DNA of 64,000 nt from the human T2T-CHM13v2.0 reference genome, Homo sapiens, in the NCBI RefSeq assembly GCF_009914755.1, contig NC_060927.1; one strand, 5' to 3'. Shown in pieces: positions 38,841-54,573 of the stretch. The notes under the pieces were generated by a model. That model did not search any database, was not told the origin of the DNA, and worked only from the letters and a program-made list of their open reading frames with translations. The number at the start of each line of letters is the position of its first letter. Positions within the stretch are counted from its first letter, which is position 1. The position numbers were made by a program, and so were the translations under genes.

Positions 38841-41160
38841 TATTTTCCAAACTTTTTTATCATAAGTTTCCACTTATGCAAATGTTATAAAATAAGACTG
38901 AGAGTTCATACATACCATTTACCCAATTTCCCTAATGTTAATGACTTTCATGACCAGTGTACAAATATCAAACCCAGAGCATTTACACTAGTACCTTGTG
39001 ATTAACTAAACTACAAACTTTATTCAGCTCTCACCAGCTATGCAGCTCTCACCAGCTCTTCCCCACCCTCATGTCCTTTTTCTGTACCAGATCCAACTAC
39101 GACCCATATTGCATTTGATTGTCATGTCACTTGAATCTCCTTCAATCTGTGATGGTCCCTCAGTCTCCCTGTCTTTCAGTACCTTGGCATTTCTAATAGG
39201 TATTGGTCAAATATTTTGCGGAATGTCTTTCAATTTGGATTTGTCCAATGTCTTCTAATGATTAGTCTAAGGTTATTCATTTGGCAAGAATGCCATAGAA
39301 GTGATGTTGTATCCTTCTTAGTATATCATTATGGCAGGGGGGAGGGTACATGATGTCAGTTAGTGGTATTAACCTTGATTGCCTGGTTAAAGTTATGTCT
39401 ACTAGATTTCCATATTGTAAAGTTACATTTTTTTCATTTATAATTGATAAATATATTGAGGAAAAAACTTTGATGCTGTGCTAATGTCCTATTTTTCCTC
39501 AAACTTTTATCCACTGATTTTAGCATCCATTGACAGATCTTGCTTGCAACAATTATTAATGTGCAGTTTGCCCGGCAGTGACTTTTGTATTTCCTTTATT
39601 CTGTCTAAAGTAATAGGAATTCTGTAAGAGCTGTTCCTTCTCCTACATTTATTTATGTATTCAGTTATTTATTTATATCAGTATGGCCTCAAGGATATTT
39701 ATTCTAAGGATTATAATCCAATACTATCATTATTTATTTTGTGGCTAAAATTGTTCTGGCTTTAGCCATTGGGAGATCCTTCTGATTTGCTATTGTGTCC
39801 TTTTGACATACCCCAATTGTTTTTTAGCAGTTCCTTAATTGTTTGGCATCACATAATGTTCCAAGTTTATTTTGTCCCCTCTACCCTAGCCCTGGATTCA
39901 AATGATTGCCAAATGAGTCTGGGTTCTTTCTTTGGAGAACAATAGCAACCAACATCTGAGCGCTAAGTGTCCTCATTCTTACTGGGGTGTTATTGCTCTC
40001 AGGTCCTCTCAGCAGAGAGAGCTAGGAAATCTATATACACATACACGTACATCATATTTATTTCTACATTTCTATCGGTATATCTTTTTAGATAGATTCT
40101 GATATATCATGTAGAGCTAGAGATAGAGATAGATATCGTTAATACTTCAATCCTAAGTCAATACCACCAGGTTCATTTTATTTTTTGCCTTTTCCTTATT
40201 TGTAACTTCTTTCTGACAGTGAAAGGCCTGACTTCCGTTATTTATAATATATTCACTTATTTATTAAATCCTACTATACACTTAAGGTAGTTAGAGAATT
40301 GCTAACTGATACTCCTGTGAGAAACACTTATTACAAGAGTACAGTATTTATGTACACTTATTTTTGTCTTGAACTTTACAGTATCCAATCAAAATACTAT
40401 TTTCTTTTGAAAGTGACTTAGGTTGCTTCTTTACTTGCCCATCCTCTTCAGTGTGGTTTGGTTATTCATTTGTAAACTTATATTCCATACACATTGATTT
40501 TAATTATTTAACTAGATTTAGTTTACTTAAATTATTTTTTTTATTTGGGTGCGTGAAACGTTACTATGGTACTTAGAGTCAAAGCTTTACCAAAAAGTAT
40601 AGCTTGATAATCGTTATTCCCTCATTATCCCTCCTGGCCAGTTCCTGTTCCCTCTTTTTTTCCACTTATTTCCCATGCACTGCCTATAGGTAACTGGTTT
40701 CTTTAGTTTATCTTGCCTGTGTTTCTTTTGTACAAATGCACACACACTCTTCTATGTAGTGGTCTTTTGATTGTTTCCAGTATTGTACTATTATAAACAA
40801 TGCTGCCATAAGTAACCTTGTGTGTAGCATTTTCATATTGTAGAAAACACTGCTAACCAATACTCCTGTGAGAAATACACTCTGTGTGCCTCCAGGGTAG
40901 CCTCCTAGAAAAAGAAATGCTGGGTCGAAAAGTATGTGTATAGATATTTATGCTAAGTATTGCTGAATTTTACTCCAGAAGGCTTGTATGAATTTAGATT
41001 CCTGCCAGCAATATATGATTGCCTATTTGCCCACAGCCTTACCAACATAATGTATTGTCCTACTTTTTCATTTATGTCAGTGTGATTGTAATGTTTTAAT
41101 TTGCATATCTCTAATTATGATTGAGTTTGAACATTTTGTCATTTGTTTGAGAACTTTTTT
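38840..41160 (-). mobile_element. Old L1M (MC/MD/ME-like) 3' region, possibly composite
   Basis: GGCAAGAATGCCATAGAAGTGATGTTGT, TTTAGCCATTGGGAG, TTTTAATTTGCATATCTCTAAT antisense L1 motifs. Confidence 0.75.
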
Positions 41161-41838
41161 CTTATCTTCAAATAGATACCTCCAGGATTTGGGGCTGCAG
41201 TTGGACGTTTTCCATCTCTTCTAATAGCACTGTAACAAGTTGTCTTGAATAAACACGAGCTCGTTAGCCATAAGAAAACTTTAAAGATGAGTTATCTAAT
41301 TCAAATGGAAGGAAAATGTTTTTAAATCATCATAGTAAAATATGAGCTGTTTATTTTGCAAAATATGAGGTCAATCAGTTCAGGATAATAAATACTTATG
41401 AATGTCAAGGAAAAAAAGCAATTGCTCATTAGTCAAAACTCATTACCAAAGGAGGGGCACAATACAAAATGGGTGTTTCCACCCTTTTCTCCTATCACCT
41501 GAACACGTCTCTGACCCTATAAATTATACACATTTCTTGAGACCTACCATAGAAGCCACAGCGATCTCTCTGGTAAACTTTCCCTCCTATCTCCCCGCCT
41601 CCCCCAAAGCAGTCACAGCTTCCTCGTAGTTCCCACAGCACACTGCAATTCCTCTATTATAGGATTTATTTTATTCAGCTTGCACATGTATATTTTCCCC
41701 CCAAGAGACTATGAGCCTTTTCGCCTCCAAATTTTGGTGTTCATGTTCATATCTTTTATGTTTGTATATCTTGGTACCTAGAATATGTAAGAAATAATTT
41801 ATTTAAATATTGATGAAATGAAAACAATGGGGACTTTT

Positions 41839-42192
<354 letters not shown>

Positions 42193-42249
42193 TTAGAGTG
42201 AGGATATGAATTAGATAGAAGATATAACTTACTTTTAAACATTTGAAAA

Positions 42250-42930
42250 GTCATCAGATTCACACATGAAATAATATATATAATCCAAAATCAAATATTA
42301 ATACCGTATAAGATTTCAAGGATAAAAATGTTTGATAACTTGGTGTACTAGAGAGAATATAAAGGAAATGGGAACCCTCATACATTCTTGGTAAAAGTAA
42401 GCATTAATGCCTTTATGGATAGCTATTTGTCTCTAACCTTCAAACTTTAAAAAGCCAATTCCCCCTTTGGCAAATTCTTATTTAGTTATTTTAGATATAG
42501 TTGCATAAGCATACAACAGTGACAACTGCACAAAGTAGTCGGTACAACATTGTTGATAACACTATTTGATAGTAGTGATACTAATCTATCAATAAGGAAC
42601 TAACTTACATTTTGGTATATTCCCACAAAGTAATGTGCTACAATTTTTTTAATATGAATAGATCTGTGAAATTTATTACTGAATTTAACAACCATATAAA
42701 AGAATAAATATAGTTTGCCACAATTTGTGTAATCTAGAAAATAAGAATGTGCATACGTTCACGTTTATAAACTCATGGACTCTTTCTGAAAAGGTACACA
42801 AGAAATTGGCATCAGTTGTCGTCTGAGGGAGAAAGATTAGGTAGCAGAACACAACAGAGAGGGAGACCTACTTTTGACTGCATTCCATTTTATACTTTAA
42901 AAATGTACCATATGCATATTCTTCAAAATA
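42250..42930 (+). mobile_element. L1ME-like fragment
   Basis: GGAAATGGGAACCCTCATACATTCTTGGT...GGAGACCTACTTTT. Confidence 0.55.
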
Positions 42931-44689
42931 AATAACATATTACAACAAAAATCAGTTATATAAATTTGGCTTTGATTTTTAAAACATATTTATTACTAAG
43001 CTTAATTAAAATACAAAAATCCAGAATGTGAAGGAGACACACAGGGACTAGAAATGTTATTTCTAAGTTGCAACAGGATATAGTCTTGATGCCTTGAGAA
43101 TCAGAAGACCTAAGTGAACATCATAACTTCTCAGAGCCTAACACTAGAATGTTGGTACCAAAAGGAGTTCAAGTATTGATGATCATTATCCTCTAGGATG
43201 AAGGGATGCATGAGGAAATGATAAGAAATTTCCAAAGTGCCATAAATCTGAGGTGCTACTCTTATTTTACTTTTAAACTATATATTCATTTTTAAATGGG
43301 AAGTCTTACATTTAGGTGACATTGGGAAAAATAGTTACTTCCATGTGATTGTTATAAACCATGTTTGATTCCCACATGCCCTTCTGGAATTTCAACAATC
43401 TTGAGTATTAAAGACACCAAAACAGTAATAAAGAGCCCTACCCAAGTCTGATAATAAAGATTCACCCAACCTCTTTTAGCTTTCGTATTATCCAAGCTCT
43501 CCAAATAAAACTTTCATCAAATTTTATAAGATACTCTTAAGTCCACCTGTTAAATGAATTAAACAATATTCATTTCTATTCACTGCACATTTAGCGAGTG
43601 CATATTTTGTTTAAATATAACCCTGCCCTCAGTGGACTCACTATCTCATAGGGATGGAAATAATAGATAGCTATACAAACAATGTTGAGATGGATAGAGA
43701 AATGTGAAGCCTGTGGTAATGATAGCACAGATGAGAAGAGTGATTCTGATTGCCGAGGAGGGATGCAAACCATGTAAAACCACATAGCAGTATCATGATA
43801 TTTGTAAAGAAGAGGTTCTTCCAAAATGCAGATAGAAAAAGGATATGTATATGTGGAATGACTTCATTTGGGGTTTTAGGGAATAAAATTTTAACATAAG
43901 TCAACTCATGGTAGACATTTATTTTCTAACTCCATCCTTTAACAGAAAAAAAAAATACAAAAAAGGGACAGTGACTTCTAAAGTCACCTGGCCCCCAGCA
44001 GCAGGGCTGCAACTAAGTGGCTCAGAACCCCTGCCCCCTTCCTAGTGCAACATTCTCCAAAAGACACTATGATGCTGCCCCTGGTTTTGATAGCATCAGA
44101 ATCAAACTTACTTGATAATAGGCATAGAAATTATTTCAGGGCATTTTTCCTTTCCCTGGAAATTGAATTTTCTCTGTAAATTGTCTGCTTTTTAGAAGCA
44201 GAAGGCAGCCATTCATTTAAAGATCTGACCAATAAAAATAAGCATTGCCTTTACAGTAAACTCTGAGCTTTCTATTAGTGTTAACTTTCAGAAAAGGGCA
44301 TAGGAAAGAGTCTAAGCTTATGACTTTGGCTAACTTTCCTGATGGCAAGCTTTTAACTGTCCTAATACAAATGGTTGTGGGAAAGGAGGAGAAAAAGGGT
44401 TAACTGGAGATGTTCATTAGGATCCATATCAAAGGCTTGTTGGACATGAAGTAATTTGGAGAATGAATATTTCAGCCCCTTTAAGGTGATTGTTATGCTC
44501 ACAAATATATTCACAAGTGTACGTATGTATATATCTTTCTGCCTGTGCAGAACACAGGTTAAGGCCAAAGTTGCCACTCTCACATACCAGGCAAAAGGCA
44601 CATGTGGAATTTTGAAATCTCCTTTGTGCATTATTTTTCTATCCTCTCTTTTTTCCCTTCCACAAACATACAAACATCTTAAAGAAGAG

Positions 44690-46610
<1,921 letters not shown>

Positions 46611-46880
46611 AAAACTTTACCCGAGTTGCAGAATAGTTATATGATTCTGTTTCTTTAGAGTTAACCATATGGTTCGACTGAAGATAAAGCCTTAATCAAA
46701 TTTATTATAACCTTACATTTCAGTTACAACAAAAGCAGTATGCGTCATGCCTTCTGTCTTTCCTAAAAATCAATGACACACCTACCACATGGTTTCAAGT
46801 ATGATAAAAATAAAGGAAGTCTTGAAAAAATCCAAAAGAAATGCAAGCCAGGAGAAAAGGAGCCTTTGGAACCCTTAAAT

Positions 46881-47222
46881 TGATGCTGACTTGAATGTGT
46901 CCTCAAAATTTCATGTGTTAGAAACTCAATCCCCAAACATATATTGATAAAATTTGGAGGTGGGGCCTTTGGGAGGTAATTAGGATTAGATAACATCATC
47001 AGAGTGGGGCCCTCACAATGGGACTGGTGGCTTTATAAGAAGAGGAAGAGAGACCTGAGCTAGCACACACTTGCCTTCTGCTATGATATGACACAGCAAA
47101 AAGGCCCTCACCAGATGCTAGCAGCCTTCCCTGCCTCCAGGACTGCAAAAATTAAATGTATTTTTCTTTATAAATTACAGTCTGTGATATTCTGTTATAA
47201 CAACAGAAAATAAACTAAGATG
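46881..47222 (+). mobile_element. MST/MLT1A-like solo MaLR LTR
   Basis: GGAGGTGGGGCCTTTGGGAGGTAATTAGG...AAGGCCCTCACCAGATG...AACTAAGA. Confidence 0.85.
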
Positions 47223-47580
47223 ATGACTAGTTTAGGATAAAGATCCTGGAAGACCAACAGACAAAGACCTGGGAGAAGAGGTTCATAGTATTAGTCTGAA
47301 AGGTTGTATACTTCCAGATTTTGCCATTGTTTCCATTTCTAGTTTTATAGGTTAATTAACAAATAATGAAAAATGGAAGGATCAGAAAGATCTGTTTTCT
47401 ATGGTCTTATGCAAGTGCACATTGTAAGCGTTCAATATGTAGATATGAAAATCACTGCAATAATGCTTCTAGGAGCCAGCACTAGATAACCATCTTCAGC
47501 ATCCTGGGCTTATGTAAATAATCCATTTAGACTGAACTGTTATTTTCATTTTTATTTTTTTATTTGTACATATTTATGGG

Positions 47581-49806
47581 TGTATTAGTCCATTTTCATG
47601 CTGCTGATAAAGATATACCAGAGACTGAGCAATTTAAAAAAGAAAGAGGTTTAATGACTCATAGTTCCACGTGGCTGGGGAGGCCTTACAATCATGGTGG
47701 AAGGTGAAAGGCATATCTCACATGGCGGCAGACAAGAGAAGACAGCTTATGCAGGGAAACTCCCCCTTATATAATCATCAGATCTGGTGAGACTTATTCA
47801 CTATCAGGAGAATAGCGCAGGAAAGACCCACCCCCATTATTCAACTACCTCCCACTGGGTCCCTCCCACAACATGTGGGAATTCAAGATGAGATTTGGGT
47901 GGGGACACAGCCAAACCATATCATTCCACACCTGGCCCCTCCCAAATCGCATATCCTCACATATCAAAGCCAATCAAGCCTTCCCAATAGTCCTCCAAAG
48001 TCATAACTCATTTCAGCATTAACTCAAAAGTCCACAGTCCAAAGTCTCATCTGAGACAAGTCCCTTTTGCCTATGAGCCTGTAAAATAAAACCAAGTTTG
48101 TTACTTCCAAGATACAATGAGGGTTCAAGCATTGGAAGAAATTGGCCAAAACAAAGGGGTGCAGGCCCCATGTAAGTCCGAAATCCAGTGGGGTAGTCAA
48201 ATCTCAAAGCTCCAAAATGATCTCCTTTGACTCCATGTCTCAGGTCCAGGTCACACTGATGCAAGAGGTGGGTCCCCATGCTCTTGGGCAGCTCGGCAAC
48301 TGTGGCTTTGCAGGGTAGAGCCTCTCTCTCAGTTGCTTTCATGGGCTGGTGTTGTGTGTCTGCAGCTTTTCTAGGTACACGGTACAACCTGTCAGTGGAT
48401 CTACCATTCTAGGGTCTGGAGGATGGTGGCCCTCTCAGCTCTACTAGACAGTGCCCCAGTAGGGACCCTGTGTGGGGGCTCCAACCCCACATTTCCCTTC
48501 CACACTGCCCTAGCAGAGGTTCTCTATGAGAGCCCTGCCCCTGCAGCAAAAGTCTGCCTGAACATCTAGGCGTTTCCTTACATCCTCTGAAATCTAGGTG
48601 GAGGTTCCCAAACCCCAAATCTTGACTTCTGTGCACTGGCAGGCTGAACTCCACATTGGAACTACCAAGGCTTGAGTCTTGCACCCTCTGAAGTCATGGC
48701 CAGAGCTGTACATTGGCCCCTTTCAGACACAGCTGGAGCAGCTGGGACACAGGGCACCAAGTTCCTAGGCTGCACATAGCATGGGGACCCTGGGCCCCAC
48801 TCACAAAACCACGTTTTCCTCCTAGTCCTCTAGGCCTGAGATGGGAAGGGGTGCCATGAAGACCTCTGACATTCCCTGGAGACATTTTTTCATTGTCTTG
48901 GGGAACAGTATTCAGCTACTCATTACTTATGCAAATGTATGCAGTCAGCTGGAATTTCTCCTCAGAAAATGGGATTTTCTTTTCTATCGCATTGTCAGGC
49001 TGCAAATTTTCCCAACTTTTACGCTCTCTTTCACTTATAAAACTGAATGCCTTTGATGGCACCCAAGTCACATCTTGAATGCTTTGCTGCTTAGAAATTT
49101 CTTCTGCTAGATACCCTAAATCATCTCTCTAAAGTTCAAAGTTCCACAAATCTCTAGGGCAGAGGCAAAATGCCACCAGTCTCTTTGCTAACACATAACA
49201 AGAGACCTTTGCTCCAGTTTCTCACAATTTCCTCATCTCCATCTGAGACCACCTCAGCCTGGATTTCATTGTCCATATCATTATCAGCATTTTGGTCAAA
49301 GCCATTTGACAAGTCTCTAGGGAGTTCCAAACTGTCCCACATTTTCCTGTCTTCTTCTGAGCCCTCCAAACTGTTCCAATCTCTGCCTGTTACCCAGTTC
49401 CAAAGTTGCTTCCACATTTTAGGGTATCTTTTCAGCAGCACCCCACTCTACTGGTATCAATTTACTGTATTAGTCCATTTTTATGCTGCTGATAAAGACA
49501 TACTGGAGACTGGGCAATTTACAAAAGAAAGAGGTTTAATGGACTTATGGTTCCACCTGGCTCGGGGGGCATCACAATCAAGGCAGAAGGTGAAAGGCAC
49601 ATCTCACATGGTGGCAGACAAGGGAAGAGAGCTTGTGCAGGGAAACTCCCCCTTATATCATCAGATCTTGTGAGATTTATTCACTATCTCAAGAACAGCA
49701 CAGGAAAGACCCACCCTCATGATTCAACTACTTCCCATGGGGTCCCTCCCACAACATATGGGAATTCAAGATGAGATTTGGGTGGGGTCACAGCCAAACC
49801 ATATCA
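47581..49806 (-). mobile_element. Full-length THE1 (THE1B-like): LTRs 47581-47923 and 49466-49806, internal region 47924-49465
   Basis: Two TGTATTAGTCC...CCAAACCATATCA LTRs around THE1-int (ORF MWKQLWNWVTGRDWNSLEGSEEDRKMW); inserted in an L1MA 3' end (47543-47580, 49807-50010). Confidence 0.95.
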
Positions 49807-50069
49807 GTGAGGTGCATGAGAAATGTTGTTACACATATCTAATGGGTAGCAATTAAGGGAAGGTATCTAAAATGTCCATCACCTGAGGATAATACAGTTT
49901 TGTCAAGCATGGTCATCCTATTCTGCTACCAACCATTACATTTATTCCTCTTATTGGATTGTATGTTTGTACCCTTAACCCACTTCTGTTCATCCTTCTC
50001 TCTCCATCCTGTTTTTTTTTTTAATTTGACATCTACATTCTCTTTTGATCCACTTTCTCTCACTTGGTG

Positions 50070-50290
50070 GAGCTTAGTGTTTAGAGGTTGAGCTTTGAAA
50101 TCAAACTGGACCTAGGATTACCTCTCAACCCTTACATTTACTGGATGAGACGACTGCTCCTTCTTTCAGTGGTTTTCATGTGTACAATAGAGTGAGTATT
50201 CATACTTCCTTAGAATTGTTGTCAGAATAAATTGAGATAGAATATCTTAATATGGTGCCTGCCAGATCGTAGGTCCTTAAAAATTGTGGT
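50070..50290 (+). mobile_element. MIR
   Basis: GCTTTGAAATCAAACTGGACCTAGG...TAAATTGAGATA. Confidence 0.55.
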
Positions 50291-50554
50291 AATGATATGG
50301 TGGAGAAGCTTATTGACATTTATGACTTTTGGGAAACTCTACCAGTAATAATCCTTTTCATCCTTTCATCCTTGAAGATTTATTCAACAACAGCAATATT
50401 GCTCATTTGTTATTTGAGATTATTTTAATAATTTCTCTTCTGTATCTATAAAATATTTAAGAATTGTCTTTGTTTGAAGGAGAAATCTAAGAAAATTGGA
50501 CTTTTAGTAGAAAGCTTTTGAAGGATTTTGCTTCATCAAAATTCTATAAGAAGT

Positions 50555-50707
50555 GAATACTAATGGGCATGGAGTTTTTTTCTGAGGTGATGAAAGTGTT
50601 CAGGAATTAGAGTGGTGATGGGTGCATAGACTTATACATATACTAAGAACCACTGAACTGTACACATTAAAAGGGTAAATTTTATGGTATCTGAATTGCA
50701 TTTTAAT
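50555..50707 (+). mobile_element. L1MB-like 3' end
   Basis: GGTGATGAAAGTGTT...CACTGAACTGTACAC...TTTATGGTATCTGAATT. Confidence 0.75.
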
Positions 50708-51011
<304 letters not shown>

Positions 51012-51825
51012 TAAAACTATAAGAAAAATATTGGACAGCAAGATAGTTTACAGCTACACACGTTATTAGAGTGGTGATTTTTTTTCTTTCCTGTTTTCAT
51101 TTCAGTTGTCCACTCCACATTGTAGAGATTATGATCAGTTTGGTTGTCAAAGTCTTAGATGACATCACAAGAAACACTTGAGAGCTACACATTGCTGAGT
51201 TCAAGTCCCAGCTGTGTGTTAATGGACACATTTCTTAACTTTAATTTCATTTTCCCCATTTGCAAAACAAAGCTAATAGTCTGCCTTGAGGTTTGTTGTG
51301 GCAAAAAGAAAAAAGAAAGAAAGAAAAGGAAATGCTTAACATAGAGATTAGCACTTAGTGGACTCCCCATTTACAGAAGATCTTCTTCAAAAGGACTAGT
51401 ACATTCCGAAAAAAGAGGTTTGGGTATTTTTTTTTCTTTTTCTCCGGTCAGAACCTATTATGAAACACCCACTGGTCGTCCCTATTTTTAAAACGTATAA
51501 TTATTTTAAAGCAAATGAAAATACTTTTCTTAAAGGTGAAATTTAAAACTTAAAGTTATTAACAACATTTTGGGTTGTTATATTTTGAAAGGAAGTTATG
51601 TGAAGATAAAATTTGGGAAATCAACCCCCTCCTTTAATTTTCTACCACACGCTTGATGCTGTCACTGACACCTTGAGTTGAGGAATATAAGTAGCTTTTG
51701 CTTAGGAGGTGTTAATCTGATGGCAGCTTATTTGGATAGTGCTTTCTTGTTTGTTAGTTGTTTTTAGTCCATGGTCTTCCTAGACACTCAGCATTAGACC
51801 TACATTCTGGATTAGCATATACTAA

Positions 51826-52487
51826 AATCCAGTTTCATTCTTCTACATGTAGCTTGCTAGTTTTCCCAGCAACATTTATTTAATAGGGTGTCCTTTCCCC
51901 AATTTATGTATTTGTATGCTTTGTTGAAGATCAATTAGCTATAAGTGTTTGGCTTTATTTCTGGGTTTTCTATTCTGTTCCATTGGTCTACATGCCTATT
52001 TTTTATACTAGTACCATGCTGTTTTGGTAACTATAGTCTTGTAGTATAATTTGAAGTTGGGCAAGGTGATGCCTCCAGATTTGTTGTTTTTGCTTAGTAT
52101 TGCTTTGGCTGTGTGGGCTCTTTTTTGGTTCCATATGAATTTTAGGATTTTTTTTTCTAGCTCTGTGAAGAATGCTGATGACCTTTCGATGGGGATTGAA
52201 CTGAATCTGTAGATTGCTTTGAGCAGTATAGTCATTTTCACTATATTGATTCTTCCCATTTATGAGCATGGGTTGTCTTTCCATTTCTTTGTGTCATCTA
52301 TGATTTCTTTCAGCATTGTTTTGTAGTTCTCCTTGTAGAGATCTTTCACCTACTTAAGTATATTACTAAGTATTTTTTTTATTTTTTGTAGCTGTTTTAA
52401 AAGCAATTGAGTTCTTGATTTGATTCTCAACTTTGTCGTTGTTGGTGTATAGCAGTGCTACTGATTTGTGAACATTGATTTTGTACC
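51826..52487 (-). mobile_element. L1 (PB-like) internal ORF2 fragment
   Basis: ORF 52008-52259 [18 protein letters not shown]...[22 protein letters not shown] is L1 ORF2. Confidence 0.9.
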
Positions 52488-53162
52488 AAACTTTTGATGC
52501 TTGTTCTTAAAGGCAGAGTTTAAAGACTCACTATGAGTGACACACATACACTGTACACACAACAATGACAATAACATTTTTAATTTCTCAATTTTCTTAA
52601 CCAAATCAGAAACAAATTTTCTGGAATTTGCCTTCAGGTATTTTTAGCAAGAAACATGAACAAATATGAAATAAATCACTATTTCTTATGGTTTTTTGCT
52701 TGTTTATTTTTTTCTTCTATGAGACAATTCTTGTATTTTTAATGCATAGTCATTTGGGGACATCAAACTCTGACCATATTTATGTGGCATGACACTTAGC
52801 AAGCTGCAGACATGATCTAGAATTGTTTTCTCTAACCTTATTTCTCCTACACACCATCACAAGAAAACAAATGATGGATGTAAATATCTATTTTCAAAAG
52901 GCATTTCATCTGACACCATCTTACTCAGAGTTTTTGTAATTGCATGGAGAAAAAATTTAAAATAGCGTGTGCTCAGGGATTCAACCAATTTTGATAAAAA
53001 CTGGTTGAATACTTCACTTCTTCTTCAAAAGTGTATAATGGTTCCTTACAATCTATAGTCAAATTACCAAAATCTGTAACTTGGTATGTTCAAGAACTGG
53101 CACAATCTTCACCTAGCTTTCTGGACATAGTTTCTATAATATCACTTCCCCCATAATTACTT

Positions 53163-53495
53163 CAAGTCTACAATCCTTTACCAGAAACAGCTGGGGCCGA
53201 GTGAGTTTTGTAATTCAGGTTTTTGGGGAACAAGGTGGTATTTTTTTAAAGTAATACAGTTAATGTATAAAATATTAGCAAAATCCATGTATGTTGGGGC
53301 CTGCACCTATAATGAAATACATTGATATTTCTGCAGTAAAATCTATAAATATTCTCATAAGTAGGACAAATAAAGACTATAAATAGCCTCCTGTCAATTC
53401 AGGTCAGTCTGTAGCTTAAGGAAAAACAACAACACACACAGTGGTCTTCAGAGCTTCTTGAATTTAGAAATTAAAGACAGTAAAATGTAAGCCTG
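53163..53495. mobile_element. TcMar-Tigger-like MITE
   Basis: Degenerate inverted ends CAAGTCTACAATCC...ATGTAAGCCTG. Confidence 0.45.
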
Positions 53496-53877
53496 CACTT
53501 GCTTTACTTGGACATAGACTTTTGAACTTTTGAGCCTCTGTTCATTTTCTTTCCTTAGCCAAAACTGTCCTCTATGTCTCTTCTAGTTTATTAAAGTTTA
53601 TCGTGGGCCAGTCCAAACATCAGAAGCGACCCCATTTTTCTCTGTTGTCTGCATGCATATCTCTCTCCATAGGCTAGAAAGTCCATAGGGAATAGTTCTG
53701 TGTCTAATTTGCATTGCATACTGTGATTCCTGGCAGTGTATTTTTCCTCAAAAGAATATAAAAATTGGATGAAGCAAGCCTGCTTGAAAACATAAATGTC
53801 GACAAAACAAACCCAAAGCATTCAGTGTCCTATCTCTATTCCTCTTTATAAATGTGAATTTTTATAAGATGACAGGG

Positions 53878-53996
53878 TTTTTTTTTTTTTCATATCAGAT
53901 GGGTAATGTGCCGATGTCTTGACAAGGTTCAAGGGTGGCACATCTCACACATACACGTGAACACCCAATCATCATGCTTACGAACTACAAAAGGAT
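53878..53996 (-). pseudogene. U13 snoRNA (SNORD13) retrocopy with poly(A) tail
   Basis: Reverse strand ATCCTTTTGTAGTTCGTAAGCATGATGATTGGGTGTTCA...TGAGATGTGCCACCCTTGAACCTTG...GGCACATTACCCATCTGA matches U13; box C ATGATGA, box D CTGA, followed by an A-run. Confidence 0.93.
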
Positions 53997-54280
53997 CAGG
54001 TTTGGTTGTTTAAAAAAAGTAATTTTACTCAGAATCTATTTTTTATGGTCAAATATTTTCTAGTGATTCTAAGAAAAAAGTATAAGCAGTATAGCTGCTA
54101 GCTTTCCATTACAGTTCAACACACTGAGTAAACTTCAAAGAAGCTGGTTTTAGGTTACTGTAGTGCTCAGGAAATGTGAGTTTTTAAAAAATTAACTTAT
54201 ATTTTACACTTCTGATTTTTTCTAATCATTTAATCATATTTCTATCACTTCCAGAAACAAAACCAGATGTAAGCTCTTTA

Positions 54281-54573
<293 letters not shown>

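Noticed and set aside
48019-49774. Cluster of ORFs up to 167 aa
   Set aside because: THE1 internal and LTR sequence
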